A stretch of 64,000 bases of DNA from Polyangiaceae bacterium. GTDB taxonomy: Bacteria; Myxococcota_A; Polyangia; Polyangiales; Polyangiaceae. The notes beneath the pieces were generated by a model that made no database searches, was not told where the DNA came from, and saw only the letters and a list, made by a program, of their open reading frames with translations. Both the position numbers and the translations under genes were made by a program. How positions within the stretch are numbered: position 1 is the stretch's first letter; every line of letters starts with the position of its first letter. Of this stretch, positions 19,743-29,358 are shown one piece after another. The stretch lies in assembly GCA_044376115.1 (NCBI GenBank), contig JBILLK010000010.1, positions 192,001 to 256,000 of the forward strand. The letters run 5' to 3'.

Positions 19743-19755
19743 GATACTCCTCGGG

Positions 19756-20277
19756 TCACTTGAAAAATGGGTCGTCACTTCCGGTTGAGCCTGCGCTGCG
19801 CGCACGCAGGACATCGGAGGTGGATAAGGCCTTATCGATATCGAGCAACAATCGGACTTTGCCCCCCGTAGTGCCGATTCCTAGTAAGTAGTCTGTCCGC
19901 ACCTGGCTGCCGAGGTTGGGGGCCGCATCAACGGACTGCTCCTGCAGGTCGACCACCTCGGAGACTTGGTCCACCACGATGCCCATCTCGAAGTCGTGTG
20001 TCTGAACCACGACGATGCAGCTGCGTTCACCCGTCTCGACGGGTGACATGCCAAACTTCACCCGCAGATCACAGACAGGAATGATCTTCCCGCGCAGGTT
20101 GATGACACCGCGCAGCCAACTCTCCGTGCCGGGGACCATTGTAATGGCCAACATGCCAATGATTTCTCGGACCACGAGAATCGGCAGGCCATACTCCTCT
20201 TTACCTAGGTAGAAGGTGAGGTACTTACCGCCGAAACCGCGACCATTCTCTCTGCCTAAACCGGCCTCACGCGCCAT
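19756..20277 (-). CDS. cheW: Chemotaxis coupling protein CheW
   Basis: [44 protein letters not shown]. Confidence 0.95.
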   Translation of the reverse strand: MAREAGLGRENGRGFGGKYLTFYLGKEEYGLPILVVREIIGMLAITMVPGTESWLRGVINLRGKIIPVCDLRVKFGMSPVETGERSCIVVVQTHDFEMGIVVDQVSEVVDLQEQSVDAAPNLGSQVRTDYLLGIGTTGGKVRLLLDIDKALSTSDVLRARSAGSTGSDDPFFK

Positions 20278-20292
20278 CGAGTCCTCCTTCCC

Positions 20293-22563
20293 CTAGTTGA
20301 GTACGAATTGGTGACTGGCCGTTTCACGGGCCAAAGCGATAATCTCAGGCGTATCGAGGATAAGGCCGACTCGACCGTCTCCCAGGATGGCGCCGCCAGC
20401 TATCCCACGCACATTGCCGATGCCTTCGCCCAAAGACTTAGCAACGACTTGTTGTTGACCGAGCAGCTCATCCACGAGGAGCGCACAGCGTCCCTCGACT
20501 CCGTTGACGACCACGGCCAAGGCTTTGGTCGGATCTTCGGTCGCGCCATTCAAGTCAAATAGACGGTGCAAGCGAAACATCGGAATCAGTTCGCCGCGAA
20601 TGAACAGTAGTTCACCCTTGGTCGACACTGTCGATAGATGCTCAGGCAATGGCCGCAGGCTGGTCTGAATATTGACCGTAGGCACGATGAAGCGCTCATC
20701 GCCGACGCGGACCAACATTCCGTCGGTAACCGCTAGCGTCAACGGCAGACGCAAAGTGAAGGTAGTCCCGGAGCCCAGCGTAGACGCAATATCGACCCGC
20801 CCATTGAGGGCTTGCACATTCCTACGCACGACATCCATACCCACTCCGCGGCCAGACAGGTCATTGACCTGGTCGCGGGTCGAGAAACCGGGCTCGAAGA
20901 TTAGGTTATATACATCCGAGTCCGTCATTTGCGCGTCCGACTCAATCAGCCCGCGCTCGATCGCCTTCTTCACGATGCGCTGGCGGTCGAGGCCCGCGCC
21001 GTCATCACACAGCTCGACGACCACGTTTCCGCCCGAGTGCAAGGCCGTTAGCCGAATGGTTCCGGCGCGGGGCTTACCGCGAGCAATGCGGTCATTGGGC
21101 GACTCGATGCCGTGATCGACGCCGTTGCGGAGCATGTGCACGAGCGGGTCGGCAATGATGTCCACCATGTTGCGGTCGATCTCGGTCTCTTCGCCCGCGA
21201 CGATTAGCTCTACGGCCTTTCCGCTCTTCTGCGCCGTATCTCGCACTACGCGGGCGAGCTTCTGGAAGGTTGGCTTGAGCGGCACCATGCGCAGTGACAT
21301 GGCGAGCTCCTGGAGCTCACGCACGATTTTTCCTGCGTGCGCGACCTTACGCGTGAGGTCCATATGGTCGCTGCGCGCGAGCGTTGGATCCTGACGGACC
21401 ATCGAATGCGCAATGACGAGCTCACCGACCATATCAACCAAGCGGTCGAGTCGTTCGGTACGGATACGTACGCTGGTGCTCTCGTTATCAGCGCGGGCAG
21501 GAGCTTGCGCTTGAGCAGGAGCTTGAGGTTGAGTCGCTGGAGCTTGAGGTTGAGCCGCTGGAGTTTGAGCCGGCGCAGCCGGTACCTGCACCGCAGGAGT
21601 TGGTGCAGCGACGGTTGCTACAGCGTTGAGCGCAGCTGGAGCAGCAGCCGGCGCTGTCTGCATTTGTAGCGCCGCGGGGCTGGGCGGCGTGGGCTCCGCG
21701 GTGGGCGCTTGCTGGCTGGGCGAAGGCGGCGCGGGCTCCGGGCTCGTTGCCACTTCGCTTTGCACCTGAGGCGTTGCGACCGGCGCCGGGGCAGCGACTG
21801 CGTCGATAGGCGGCAAGCGGCCCTCAGTGGCCTGAGCCAAGGTCGCGGCAAGGTCACCTAGATTGTGAGGTGCGGACCAGGGCTCACCCGAAAGGGTCGC
21901 GTTGACGCCTTCCACGAGCGCCTTGATCGCGTCTACGGAGGCCAACGCGAGGTTGGCCACTGCGCCCGAGAAGACCAGGTCCTTGCTGCGCACTTTGCTC
22001 AGCAGCGACTCTGCCTTGTGCGCGAGCGTAGAGATCGCCTCTAGGCCCAACATCGCAGACACGCCCTTCACGGTATGAAAGGCCCGAAACACTGTATCGA
22101 CAGCCGGCATGTCGCTCGGATTGCTCTCGAGCAGCAGCATCGCGCCCTCGGCCTGCGTCACGTAGTCGAGGGCCTCCGTCACGAACTCGGCTACCAGCTC
22201 GCGGTCGGCCTCATCGAAGACGAAGACCGGGCCCGCTGGAACCTCCACCGGAGCTTCGGCCTTCGGCTCGTCGGCGGGCTTCGGCCCGTCGGCGGGCTTT
22301 GCCAAAGCCCGCGTCGCCCCAACGGCCGCCCCAGCCTGGAGAAAGCGCTGCACCGCACCGAGCGTTGCAGTCGGGTCAGCAGCGCTACCGGTGATCAGCG
22401 CCGATAGCGAGTTGGCCGCCTCGCTAAACATTCGCTTTTGCACTGCATTGGCTTGTTCGGCGAGCGCGCTGACGCGCTCGTGTATGGCTCGCAGCGCCAA
22501 GACGTCTTTGGCGTCGATTGAGCCCAGCTGAAGAAGGATGTCATCAAGCACCGAGGCGGCCAT
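20293..22563 (-). CDS. cheA: Chemotaxis histidine kinase CheA (no C-terminal REC domain)
   Basis: Hpt FRAFHTVKG; dimerisation RLDRLVDMVGELV; HATPase DPLVHMLRNGVDHGIE, DDGAGLD, GFST, SGRGVGMDVV; LPLTLA and CheW-like P5. Confidence 0.97.
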   Translation of the reverse strand: MAASVLDDILLQLGSIDAKDVLALRAIHERVSALAEQANAVQKRMFSEAANSLSALITGSAADPTATLGAVQRFLQAGAAVGATRALAKPADGPKPADEPKAEAPVEVPAGPVFVFDEADRELVAEFVTEALDYVTQAEGAMLLLESNPSDMPAVDTVFRAFHTVKGVSAMLGLEAISTLAHKAESLLSKVRSKDLVFSGAVANLALASVDAIKALVEGVNATLSGEPWSAPHNLGDLAATLAQATEGRLPPIDAVAAPAPVATPQVQSEVATSPEPAPPSPSQQAPTAEPTPPSPAALQMQTAPAAAPAALNAVATVAAPTPAVQVPAAPAQTPAAQPQAPATQPQAPAQAQAPARADNESTSVRIRTERLDRLVDMVGELVIAHSMVRQDPTLARSDHMDLTRKVAHAGKIVRELQELAMSLRMVPLKPTFQKLARVVRDTAQKSGKAVELIVAGEETEIDRNMVDIIADPLVHMLRNGVDHGIESPNDRIARGKPRAGTIRLTALHSGGNVVVELCDDGAGLDRQRIVKKAIERGLIESDAQMTDSDVYNLIFEPGFSTRDQVNDLSGRGVGMDVVRRNVQALNGRVDIASTLGSGTTFTLRLPLTLAVTDGMLVRVGDERFIVPTVNIQTSLRPLPEHLSTVSTKGELLFIRGELIPMFRLHRLFDLNGATEDPTKALAVVVNGVEGRCALLVDELLGQQQVVAKSLGEGIGNVRGIAGGAILGDGRVGLILDTPEIIALARETASHQFVLN
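21518..21559 (-). repeat. Two 21-bp tandem copies in the CheA Pro/Ala/Gln linker
   Basis: GGAGCTTGAGGTTGAGTCGCT / GGAGCTTGAGGTTGAGCCGCT, encoding A(A/T)QPQAP units. Confidence 0.7.
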
Positions 22564-22676
22564 CAGAGCTTGAGAACGGGACCGGCTTGCGTGCCCTTAA
22601 GTCACTAGCAAGCGGAGCGTTGACAACGGGAGAGTGGCGCATGCGCGCCGTGTTCACGCGAGCGAGAGGACTTACA

Positions 22677-23045
22677 ATGGCTGCTCACATGTTCGGTGCC
22701 TGGTTAGTGGAACGCGGCCTCGTGAGTGCGGAGTCGGTGGTCAAGGCGCTGGATCGTCAGAACGCCGCACGCATCCCCTTGGGCCGGTTGGCGATGACGC
22801 AGGGCAAACTCAAAGTCGCTCAGGTCTTTGAGATCCTCAATCGTCAGGCGGGCTCGAACCGACTGTTTGGTGAGTTGGCGATTGAACTCGGTTACCTGAC
22901 GCCAGGGGAGCTCGCGGAGCTGCTGCTCGAACAGCGGCGCCGACACCTCCCCATCGGACTGATCCTCGTCGACATGGGGGAGCTCGACCCTGAGACGCTG
23001 CGAGAAGAACTCGCGCGGTTCAAGCTGAGAGACCAGGCCGCTTAG
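22677..23045 (+). CDS. Small protein made of four MshEN-like (GspE N-terminal) repeats
   Basis: About 29-aa periodicity: FGAWLVERGLV..ALDRQ / LGRLAMTQGKL..ILNRQ / FGELAIELGYL..LLLEQ / IGLILVDMGEL..ELARF. GAGAGGA RBS before ATG 22677. Confidence 0.75.
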   Translation: MAAHMFGAWLVERGLVSAESVVKALDRQNAARIPLGRLAMTQGKLKVAQVFEILNRQAGSNRLFGELAIELGYLTPGELAELLLEQRRRHLPIGLILVDMGELDPETLREELARFKLRDQAA

Positions 23046-23148
23046 TGTTGCGAGTTTGACGTAGCGACAACGAACTGACGCGAAACGCTGGCTCCACGAC
23101 AGAGACGTGGCGAATTTAGACCGGTACGCAAGTTGCGAGAGAAGCCAC

Positions 23149-24747
23149 ATGGCCTGGACCTTCAAGAACCAACCCCTACTCCTGGCATTCATTGCTGGCT
23201 TGGGCATGCTGAGCCTGGCCTTAGGAGCAACGAGCGCCATTGGGCTCAATAGCTTAGTGCTGGTCTTGGGCTCACTAATGGTCGGAACAGCGTGGATTGC
23301 GTATTGCGCTCATACGAGACAGTTTGCGCTTCACATGGCCATCGGTCACCTCAAGCAGCTTCTCCGCGGCAAGCTCGAGGAATCAAAGCTGGTCCAGCAA
23401 GCTACTCCTGAGGATGAAGTTGGAGAGTTGCTTGTCTCATTACGAGAATTGCGCGATTGGTTGTCGGGGATCCACGCTGGCACGGAGGCGCTGAGCAAAG
23501 GCGACCTGACCATTTGGTTGGATGCACGCTCCGATCAAGACCAGATCGCGCGTAGCTTTACCAAAGCCCAGGACGCAGTTCGGGGCGTCGTGGGAGAGGC
23601 TCGAACACTGGTGGAGCAAGCCGCGCTTGGGCGGCACCAATCGGAGGTCACGAGCCGCTATCAGGGCGTTTTTGGCGAGCTGTTTGAGCAGCTCAACGCA
23701 CTAATGCTCGCAAGTGCCACGCCGATCAAGGAGACCCGAATGGTGCTCGGCCGCGTTGCCGCTCGCGACCTCTCGGCTCGGATGGAAGGCGAGTACCAGG
23801 GTGATTGGAATGAGGTCAAAGAGAGCCTGAACGCGGCCATCGGCAACCTCGAAGAGGCCCTTGCTCAGGTTACCGTGGCGGCGGATCAAGTCGGCACGGC
23901 GGCGCAGGAGATCACCTCCGGAAACCAACATCAGGCAGAGGCGGCAACACAACAAGCCTCCGCCCTGGACGAGGTCACCAGTCGCGTTCAAAAGTTCGCG
24001 GGCGATGGCAAGAGAACCGCCCACAACGCAGAGCAAGCTCGAAGTATGGCGCAGGCCGCTAGCGAGGCCGCTCGGACGGGCGACCGCAGTATGAGCGAGC
24101 TGTGTCAGGCCATGGACCAAATCAAGAGCACCAGCGATCGCACCGCGCAAATCGTACGTACGATCGATGAGATTGCGTTTCAGACGAATCTGCTCGCGCT
24201 CAACGCCGCCGTGGAAGCCGCTCGAGCAGGCGACGCCGGTAAGGGCTTTGCAGTCGTAGCCGAGGAGGTTCGCAATCTTGCGATGCGTTCGGCGGATGCT
24301 GCTCGGTCCACGTCACTGATGATCGCAGACTCGGTAAAGAGCGCCGATCGTGGCGTTGAACTCAACGCCAACGTCGCCAAGAGCTTCAGCCAAATTCAAA
24401 CCCAAGTAGGCAACGTCGTGGAAGTGATGGAAGAGATCTCTGCTGCCGTCACCACGCAAGCCGAGGGCGTCGTTGGTATCAACCGCATGGTGGAGGACCT
24501 TTCGCGGAACACCCAGAGCAGTGCTGCCACCACCGAGCAATCGGCAAGCGCGGCGCTCGAGCTCAGCAGCCAGGCCGAATCCCTGCGCGACCTGGTTTCG
24601 GTCTTCAAGCTCACTGGACCGGTGGCAGAGCCTTACCGTGTTCAGCCTCAGGAGCAAGCGAGGCAAGCTCCCGCAGGGAAGCTTAAGAGAGCCGCCGGCG
24701 CGGAGGAATTCGACTACTCGGATGACGACGATCTTGCAAGCTTCTAA
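23149..24747 (+). CDS. Methyl-accepting chemotaxis protein lacking a periplasmic sensor domain
   Basis: Two adjacent TM helices, HAMP repeats, identical hairpin tip [37 protein letters not shown]; ends DDDDLASF. Confidence 0.93.
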   Translation: MAWTFKNQPLLLAFIAGLGMLSLALGATSAIGLNSLVLVLGSLMVGTAWIAYCAHTRQFALHMAIGHLKQLLRGKLEESKLVQQATPEDEVGELLVSLRELRDWLSGIHAGTEALSKGDLTIWLDARSDQDQIARSFTKAQDAVRGVVGEARTLVEQAALGRHQSEVTSRYQGVFGELFEQLNALMLASATPIKETRMVLGRVAARDLSARMEGEYQGDWNEVKESLNAAIGNLEEALAQVTVAADQVGTAAQEITSGNQHQAEAATQQASALDEVTSRVQKFAGDGKRTAHNAEQARSMAQAASEAARTGDRSMSELCQAMDQIKSTSDRTAQIVRTIDEIAFQTNLLALNAAVEAARAGDAGKGFAVVAEEVRNLAMRSADAARSTSLMIADSVKSADRGVELNANVAKSFSQIQTQVGNVVEVMEEISAAVTTQAEGVVGINRMVEDLSRNTQSSAATTEQSASAALELSSQAESLRDLVSVFKLTGPVAEPYRVQPQEQARQAPAGKLKRAAGAEEFDYSDDDDLASF

Positions 24748-24915
24748 GGCGCCGTAGCCTTCTTGCTACATCATCCGCCTTCGGTTGAATGACTCGTGCC
24801 AAGTCGAAGTTCCTAAGGGGCCATCGGCCGGTTTTCGGAAGAAGGCCCGAGTCATTCTGTTCACTGCATCCGCCTTTGGCGGAATGCGACTCCTGCCGCC
24901 AAGCGTAGGCCAGGA

Positions 24916-26250
24916 GTGACCGCTCGCGGGAACCTCGTCCACCAGCTCCTTGCCCTTGCTGGGCCCGCCTTGCTCCATGGGTCGGTGGTCGCGCTCGCAT
25001 TTGCGACCGAGAGGCTGCTGGCGCGACCACTCGGCTCCGACGCCCTGGCGGCTCTTTCGATCGGGACGGTGGTGATCTGGGTGTTGACCACCACCGTCAG
25101 TGGGGTCGGGACGACCGCAGCCGTAAAGATCGGCGAGGCGTCAGGCCGCGGGGATCGCGAGGGGGCTCGACAGACGCTGCTATCGGCTTTGGCGCTCGTG
25201 CTGATCGCTTGGGGAGCTATAGCCGGAGTCATGTTGGTTTGCGGTCCGGAGCTGCTTAGCCTGATGTTCGGCCGAACACAGGCCACACGCGAAGCAGCTG
25301 CGTACTTGAACGTTGCGACGCTGGGCTTGGGCTTCGCCTTCGTTGACTCGGTATTGGCACAGATTCTTTTTGGCCTTGGAGACGCGCGAAGCCCCGTGCG
25401 AGCAGCGGCAGTATCGGGCGCAGTCACGCTTTCAACCCTGCTCCTGGCCCTGCTCGTTGGACCATCCATTACCGCCTTCGCCTTGGGCGCGAGCGCTGGA
25501 ACTGCGGCGGGCGCCGTCTGCTTGCTCGGCAGCATCTTCAAGCGCAATGAGTTCGCGCGGACCAACACAGCTGCATTACAGCTTGCTCAACTCGCGAGGG
25601 AGTCGGCACCCACCGTTTCAGAGAAGGCTGTAGCGTCTCTGGGCTACTTCGTTTTTGCGGCCCTGCTTGGTCGGCTGGGCTCGGACGCGTTGGCCGCCAA
25701 TCAGGCGCTACTTTCGATTGGCGCCCTCGGCTGCTTGTTACCAGAGGCTATCGGGATCGCTGCATGTAGCTTGCTGTCGCGACAGCGCGGGGCCGGCGAT
25801 GAGGACTTGAGCCTCAAAACGATGCGCCTCGCGCTTGGCGTAAGCGTGTTGCTCATGGGCCTTTACGGGGCAGTCGCGCTAGCGCTTCGAAGCGCGCTAG
25901 TTCCAGCCTTCTTGGCTGAGGCGTCGGCGCAGCAACTTGCGCTAGACGGGTTTGGCGTATTCGCGCTCACGCAGCCTTTTATGGGTATCGCAGTAGTGGG
26001 GCGAGCCGTGCTGCGAGCAAGCTCCAAAGCCCAACAAGCTCTTTCAGTTGCGACCTTTGGAACTTTTGCGGTGCGTCTGCCAGCGTGCTTGGTACTCGTT
26101 CACGTTCATGAGCTTGGCCTGTTGGGCGGCCTCCTCTCGGTTTTGGCCGATTGGATGGTGCAGGGCGTAGCGGTGCTCGTCGCTTTGAGCCGGGGCACAG
26201 CGTCGTCGAGGCGGCTCGTAAGCCGACATCCTTGCCGCGCCAGGGCTTGA
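24916..26250 (+). CDS. MATE family efflux transporter
   Basis: LALAGP, LGSDALAA twice (two-fold repeat), GLGDARSP, about 12 hydrophobic segments, VRLP. Confidence 0.8.
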   Translation: MTARGNLVHQLLALAGPALLHGSVVALAFATERLLARPLGSDALAALSIGTVVIWVLTTTVSGVGTTAAVKIGEASGRGDREGARQTLLSALALVLIAWGAIAGVMLVCGPELLSLMFGRTQATREAAAYLNVATLGLGFAFVDSVLAQILFGLGDARSPVRAAAVSGAVTLSTLLLALLVGPSITAFALGASAGTAAGAVCLLGSIFKRNEFARTNTAALQLAQLARESAPTVSEKAVASLGYFVFAALLGRLGSDALAANQALLSIGALGCLLPEAIGIAACSLLSRQRGAGDEDLSLKTMRLALGVSVLLMGLYGAVALALRSALVPAFLAEASAQQLALDGFGVFALTQPFMGIAVVGRAVLRASSKAQQALSVATFGTFAVRLPACLVLVHVHELGLLGGLLSVLADWMVQGVAVLVALSRGTASSRRLVSRHPCRARA

Positions 26251-26281
26251 CGCCCTGGACGAGGGCGGCCATTCGACAACG

Positions 26282-27904
26282 ATGGCAAACGTTCACGGCG
26301 GGCGCTTGGTTGCCAAAGCGCTGAAGCGGCACGGCACCACGCACCTCTTCACGCTCTGCGGTGGTCATATCCAGGCGATTTACGACGGTTGTCTCGACGA
26401 AGACATTCGGGTCGTGGACGTGCGCCATGAACAGACGGCAGGCCATGCGGCAGACGGCTACGCTCGCGTAACGGGTCGGCCTGGGGTTTGTGCCGTTACG
26501 GCAGGGCCCGGAGTAACCGACGTCGTAACCGCTGCAGCCAACGCCTTCCGGGCAGGAGTCCCGCTGCTCATCATCGGCGGGGCCGGGCCGCGTGCGCTCT
26601 CGGACATGGGCTCGTTGCAAGACATGAATCACGTGGAGCTGATGCGGCCGATCACCAAGTGGAGCGTGAGTGTGCCCTCAACCGATAGGCTCCAGGAATA
26701 CATCGATTCCGCTTTCCGTATCGCGCAGGCTGGTGTGCCTGGTCCTGTGTTCCTGGAGATGCCGCTCGACCTGCTAATGAATTGGGCCGAGGAGAGCCCG
26801 CCAGCGACAGGCCCACAACCGCCCGCGCGGCCTGGTGGGGATCCGAGTCTGATCGCAGAGGCGGCGAACCTATTGAACAACGCCGAGCGCCCGATGTTTA
26901 TCGTCGGTAGCCAATTACGCTGGTCGCCGGCTGCGGAGGCGCTCCGAGCGTTCGCCGACGCCATCGACGCGCCCTTCTATCTCAATGGTATGGCGCGAGG
27001 CGCGCTGCCGTATGCGCACAAGAACCTAATGACCCGTTCGCGCAAGGTCGCGCTGGCACAGACCGACGTTTGCTTCGTATTCGGGACGCCGCTGGACTTT
27101 CGCCTCGAGTACGGTCGAGCCATCAACGCCTCGGCCAAGATCGTCCAGGTTGACCTCGATGGTGCCGAGATCGGCCGCAACCGACACGTCGACTTGGCGA
27201 TTCATGGCGACACCGGCGTTGTGCTGAAGCAGCTCACGAGCATCGCCAAGCCCCGAGATACCGCGAGTTGGCTCTCGGCGATTCGTGCGGCCGAGGACAA
27301 ATCACGCGCCAAGATGGCTGCGGAGATCGACTCGGATGACAATCCGCCCAACCCACTTCGCGTCTGCGCTGAGCTCGGTAAGCGATTGAAGCCGCAAGAC
27401 ATCATCATTGGAGACGGAGGCGATTTCGTCGCGACCGCCGCTTACGTATTGAAGCTCGAGTCGCCACAACTTTGGATGGACCCTGGGCCGCTCGGCACGC
27501 TCGGGGTTGGCCCAGGCTACGCCATGGCAGCGAAGTTGGCTCGACCAGAGGCCAACGTAGTGCTGGTCTACGGCGACGGCTCGTTTGGCTTCAATGGGCT
27601 CGAGTTCGAGGCGATGGTGCGACAGAACATCCCAGTGATTGGAGTCATTGGTAACGACGCTGGGTGGACGCAGATTCGCCGCGGGCAAGTCGAACTCTAC
27701 GGTAAGGACAGAGCCGTGGCTACTGGCCTATCGTATACCCGTTATGACAGAGTGGTTGAGGCCTTGGGCGGCTTTGGTGCCTATGTGGAGACGGTGGACG
27801 AGTTAGGGCCCGCGCTAGATACTGCGTTTGCTTGCGGCAAACCAGCGCTCGTCAACGTGAAGATCGCCTCGAGTGAGTTCCGCAAGGGAGCGATCAGCGT
27901 CTGA
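26282..27904 (+). CDS. Thiamine-diphosphate enzyme, acetolactate synthase-like / 2-hydroxyacyl-CoA lyase family
   Basis: [47 protein letters not shown], ThDP motif GDGSFGF...GNDAGW. Confidence 0.88.
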   Translation: MANVHGGRLVAKALKRHGTTHLFTLCGGHIQAIYDGCLDEDIRVVDVRHEQTAGHAADGYARVTGRPGVCAVTAGPGVTDVVTAAANAFRAGVPLLIIGGAGPRALSDMGSLQDMNHVELMRPITKWSVSVPSTDRLQEYIDSAFRIAQAGVPGPVFLEMPLDLLMNWAEESPPATGPQPPARPGGDPSLIAEAANLLNNAERPMFIVGSQLRWSPAAEALRAFADAIDAPFYLNGMARGALPYAHKNLMTRSRKVALAQTDVCFVFGTPLDFRLEYGRAINASAKIVQVDLDGAEIGRNRHVDLAIHGDTGVVLKQLTSIAKPRDTASWLSAIRAAEDKSRAKMAAEIDSDDNPPNPLRVCAELGKRLKPQDIIIGDGGDFVATAAYVLKLESPQLWMDPGPLGTLGVGPGYAMAAKLARPEANVVLVYGDGSFGFNGLEFEAMVRQNIPVIGVIGNDAGWTQIRRGQVELYGKDRAVATGLSYTRYDRVVEALGGFGAYVETVDELGPALDTAFACGKPALVNVKIASSEFRKGAISV

Positions 27905-27907
27905 ATC

Positions 27908-28438
27908 ATGCTGTTTCGCTTTGCTTCTCCAACACTCCCGCGACTTGATGACCTTGACTTGGAGGTTATCGCAGCCGCCATCCCCTCGGACATTAGGCCG
28001 TGGCGCGGAGTCGTAGGCCTTTGTGACTTTCGCATGGGGGCGCGGCTCTCCAAACTCGCAATGAACGGGGATGTTTCGGGGAAGCTCGGCGAGGTCGTGA
28101 TGGTGCCGGGCAAACCGTTCTTGTCTTTCGACAAGGTCGTGTTGTTTGGCTGCGGGCCCGTGGCGGGCCTTAGCGAGCCAATCTACGCCTCCTTGCTGCA
28201 CGACATGGCGAAGTGTCTGGGTAAACTCAAGGTGCGGGTAGCGGCGGTTGAGCTACCTGGGAGGGCGTATGGTGCGGTCACACCTCAACTCGCAGCCGAA
28301 GTGCTCATTCGCGAAGTGGGACATTCAGCAGAATGCGACCAATGGACCTTGGTCGAGGACGGGGAGGGCCGCAGCGTCATTGAAGCTTTGCTGTTCGAGC
28401 AGCGCCGCCGTTTGCGACGAGATCCAGCGACTGGCTAG
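27908..28438 (+). CDS. Stand-alone M17 leucyl-aminopeptidase N-terminal-domain-like protein
   Basis: DIRPWRGVVGLCDFRMGARLSKL...GKLGEVVMVP...KVVLFGCG; no catalytic C-terminal domain. Confidence 0.65.
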   Translation: MLFRFASPTLPRLDDLDLEVIAAAIPSDIRPWRGVVGLCDFRMGARLSKLAMNGDVSGKLGEVVMVPGKPFLSFDKVVLFGCGPVAGLSEPIYASLLHDMAKCLGKLKVRVAAVELPGRAYGAVTPQLAAEVLIREVGHSAECDQWTLVEDGEGRSVIEALLFEQRRRLRRDPATG

Positions 28439-28451
28439 CCATTGCTAGTAG

Positions 28452-29330
28452 CTAGTCCGCGAACATACGCACAAGCAACTCTCGCATCGCGTTAGAACTC
28501 GCGGCCACGTTATGACTGCCCCCGCGCACCCTGAAGAGCTGTAACGACGGCGCGCAAGACGAACGAAGCAGCGTGGTTTCAGCGCCGGCAAGGTCCGGCT
28601 CTAGATTGAGCGTTAGCCCCTCCTCCAACGGCTGGGCACAGCCACGCTTCAAGCCCCACGCACGTACCGAGTCCTCAGCGCTCGTGTGGGCGGCCTTGGT
28701 CGTAAACACGTGTCCGCCAGCGTAACGGACAATCTCATCGTTATCTCCATGGACGTGCAGCACGCGTTCTGGCGCATACTTGCAGCTCGCCACGTCACTT
28801 GGAGCAGTCCCCGCAACGCTTAGGATGCCGGTAATACCTGGCCTGTCGCAAGCAAGCCGGTGCGCCATGAAGCCTCCGTTGGAGAAGCCAACGACGTAGA
28901 GGCGGGTATCCGAACCATACCGAGCCACAGCCTGGTCAAGGCCTTCGCCCAGCGCTTGGACGTGGTCCACCCCCGTCGCGTCAAAGTCGCAACAGGCTGG
29001 GCCAGCGTTCCAAAAGCGACGCCCAGCTGAGTCCACCGAGCCATCCGGGGCGTTGAACTCGAATCCGAGCTCGCGGGACAGCTTGGCAAAGCCGAAATGG
29101 CGGTCAATGCTCTCACCGTTTCCCCCGAGCCCGTGCAGCAGCAAGACGAAGCGGCGGCCCTTCGCCGCTAACGGTGGGCGCTCACTCGACGAGGTCGCCA
29201 CTGCGGTCGAGGTACTCTGCGGCAACTGCGCTGTCGTCACAGCGACACTCGAGGCCGGTGGCATCGCTCGCTCCGTGTCGCAAGCCGCACAAACCAAGAG
29301 CACCGCCAACAGAAAGCCCATGGAGCCCAT
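28452..29330 (-). CDS. Lipoprotein esterase, LpqC / PHB-depolymerase family
   Basis: Lipobox CAAC; LLLHG, PDG, RFWNAGPACC, GFSNGGFMAHRLAC, HVHGDND, GGSH. Confidence 0.85.
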   Translation of the reverse strand: MGSMGFLLAVLLVCAACDTERAMPPASSVAVTTAQLPQSTSTAVATSSSERPPLAAKGRRFVLLLHGLGGNGESIDRHFGFAKLSRELGFEFNAPDGSVDSAGRRFWNAGPACCDFDATGVDHVQALGEGLDQAVARYGSDTRLYVVGFSNGGFMAHRLACDRPGITGILSVAGTAPSDVASCKYAPERVLHVHGDNDEIVRYAGGHVFTTKAAHTSAEDSVRAWGLKRGCAQPLEEGLTLNLEPDLAGAETTLLRSSCAPSLQLFRVRGGSHNVAASSNAMRELLVRMFAD

Positions 29331-29358
29331 CTCGCGCGTATGGTACTCGCGGAGTGAC

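Noticed and set aside
22615..22680. TTGACA and TACAAT hexamers upstream of the MshEN-like gene as a sigma-70 promoter
   Set aside because: They are ~47 nt apart, and the TACAAT overlaps the start codon.
9400..26250. Mobile element or prophage boundaries around the che cluster
   Set aside because: No integrase, transposase, tRNA or flanking direct repeats were seen.
26282..27904. Naming this gene ilvB/ilvG
   Set aside because: No small subunit or ilv context; the motifs fit the lyase/decarboxylase branch.
29053..29358. N-terminal extension of the PEP-utilising enzyme
   Set aside because: It overlaps the opposite-strand esterase lipoprotein; homology starts later.
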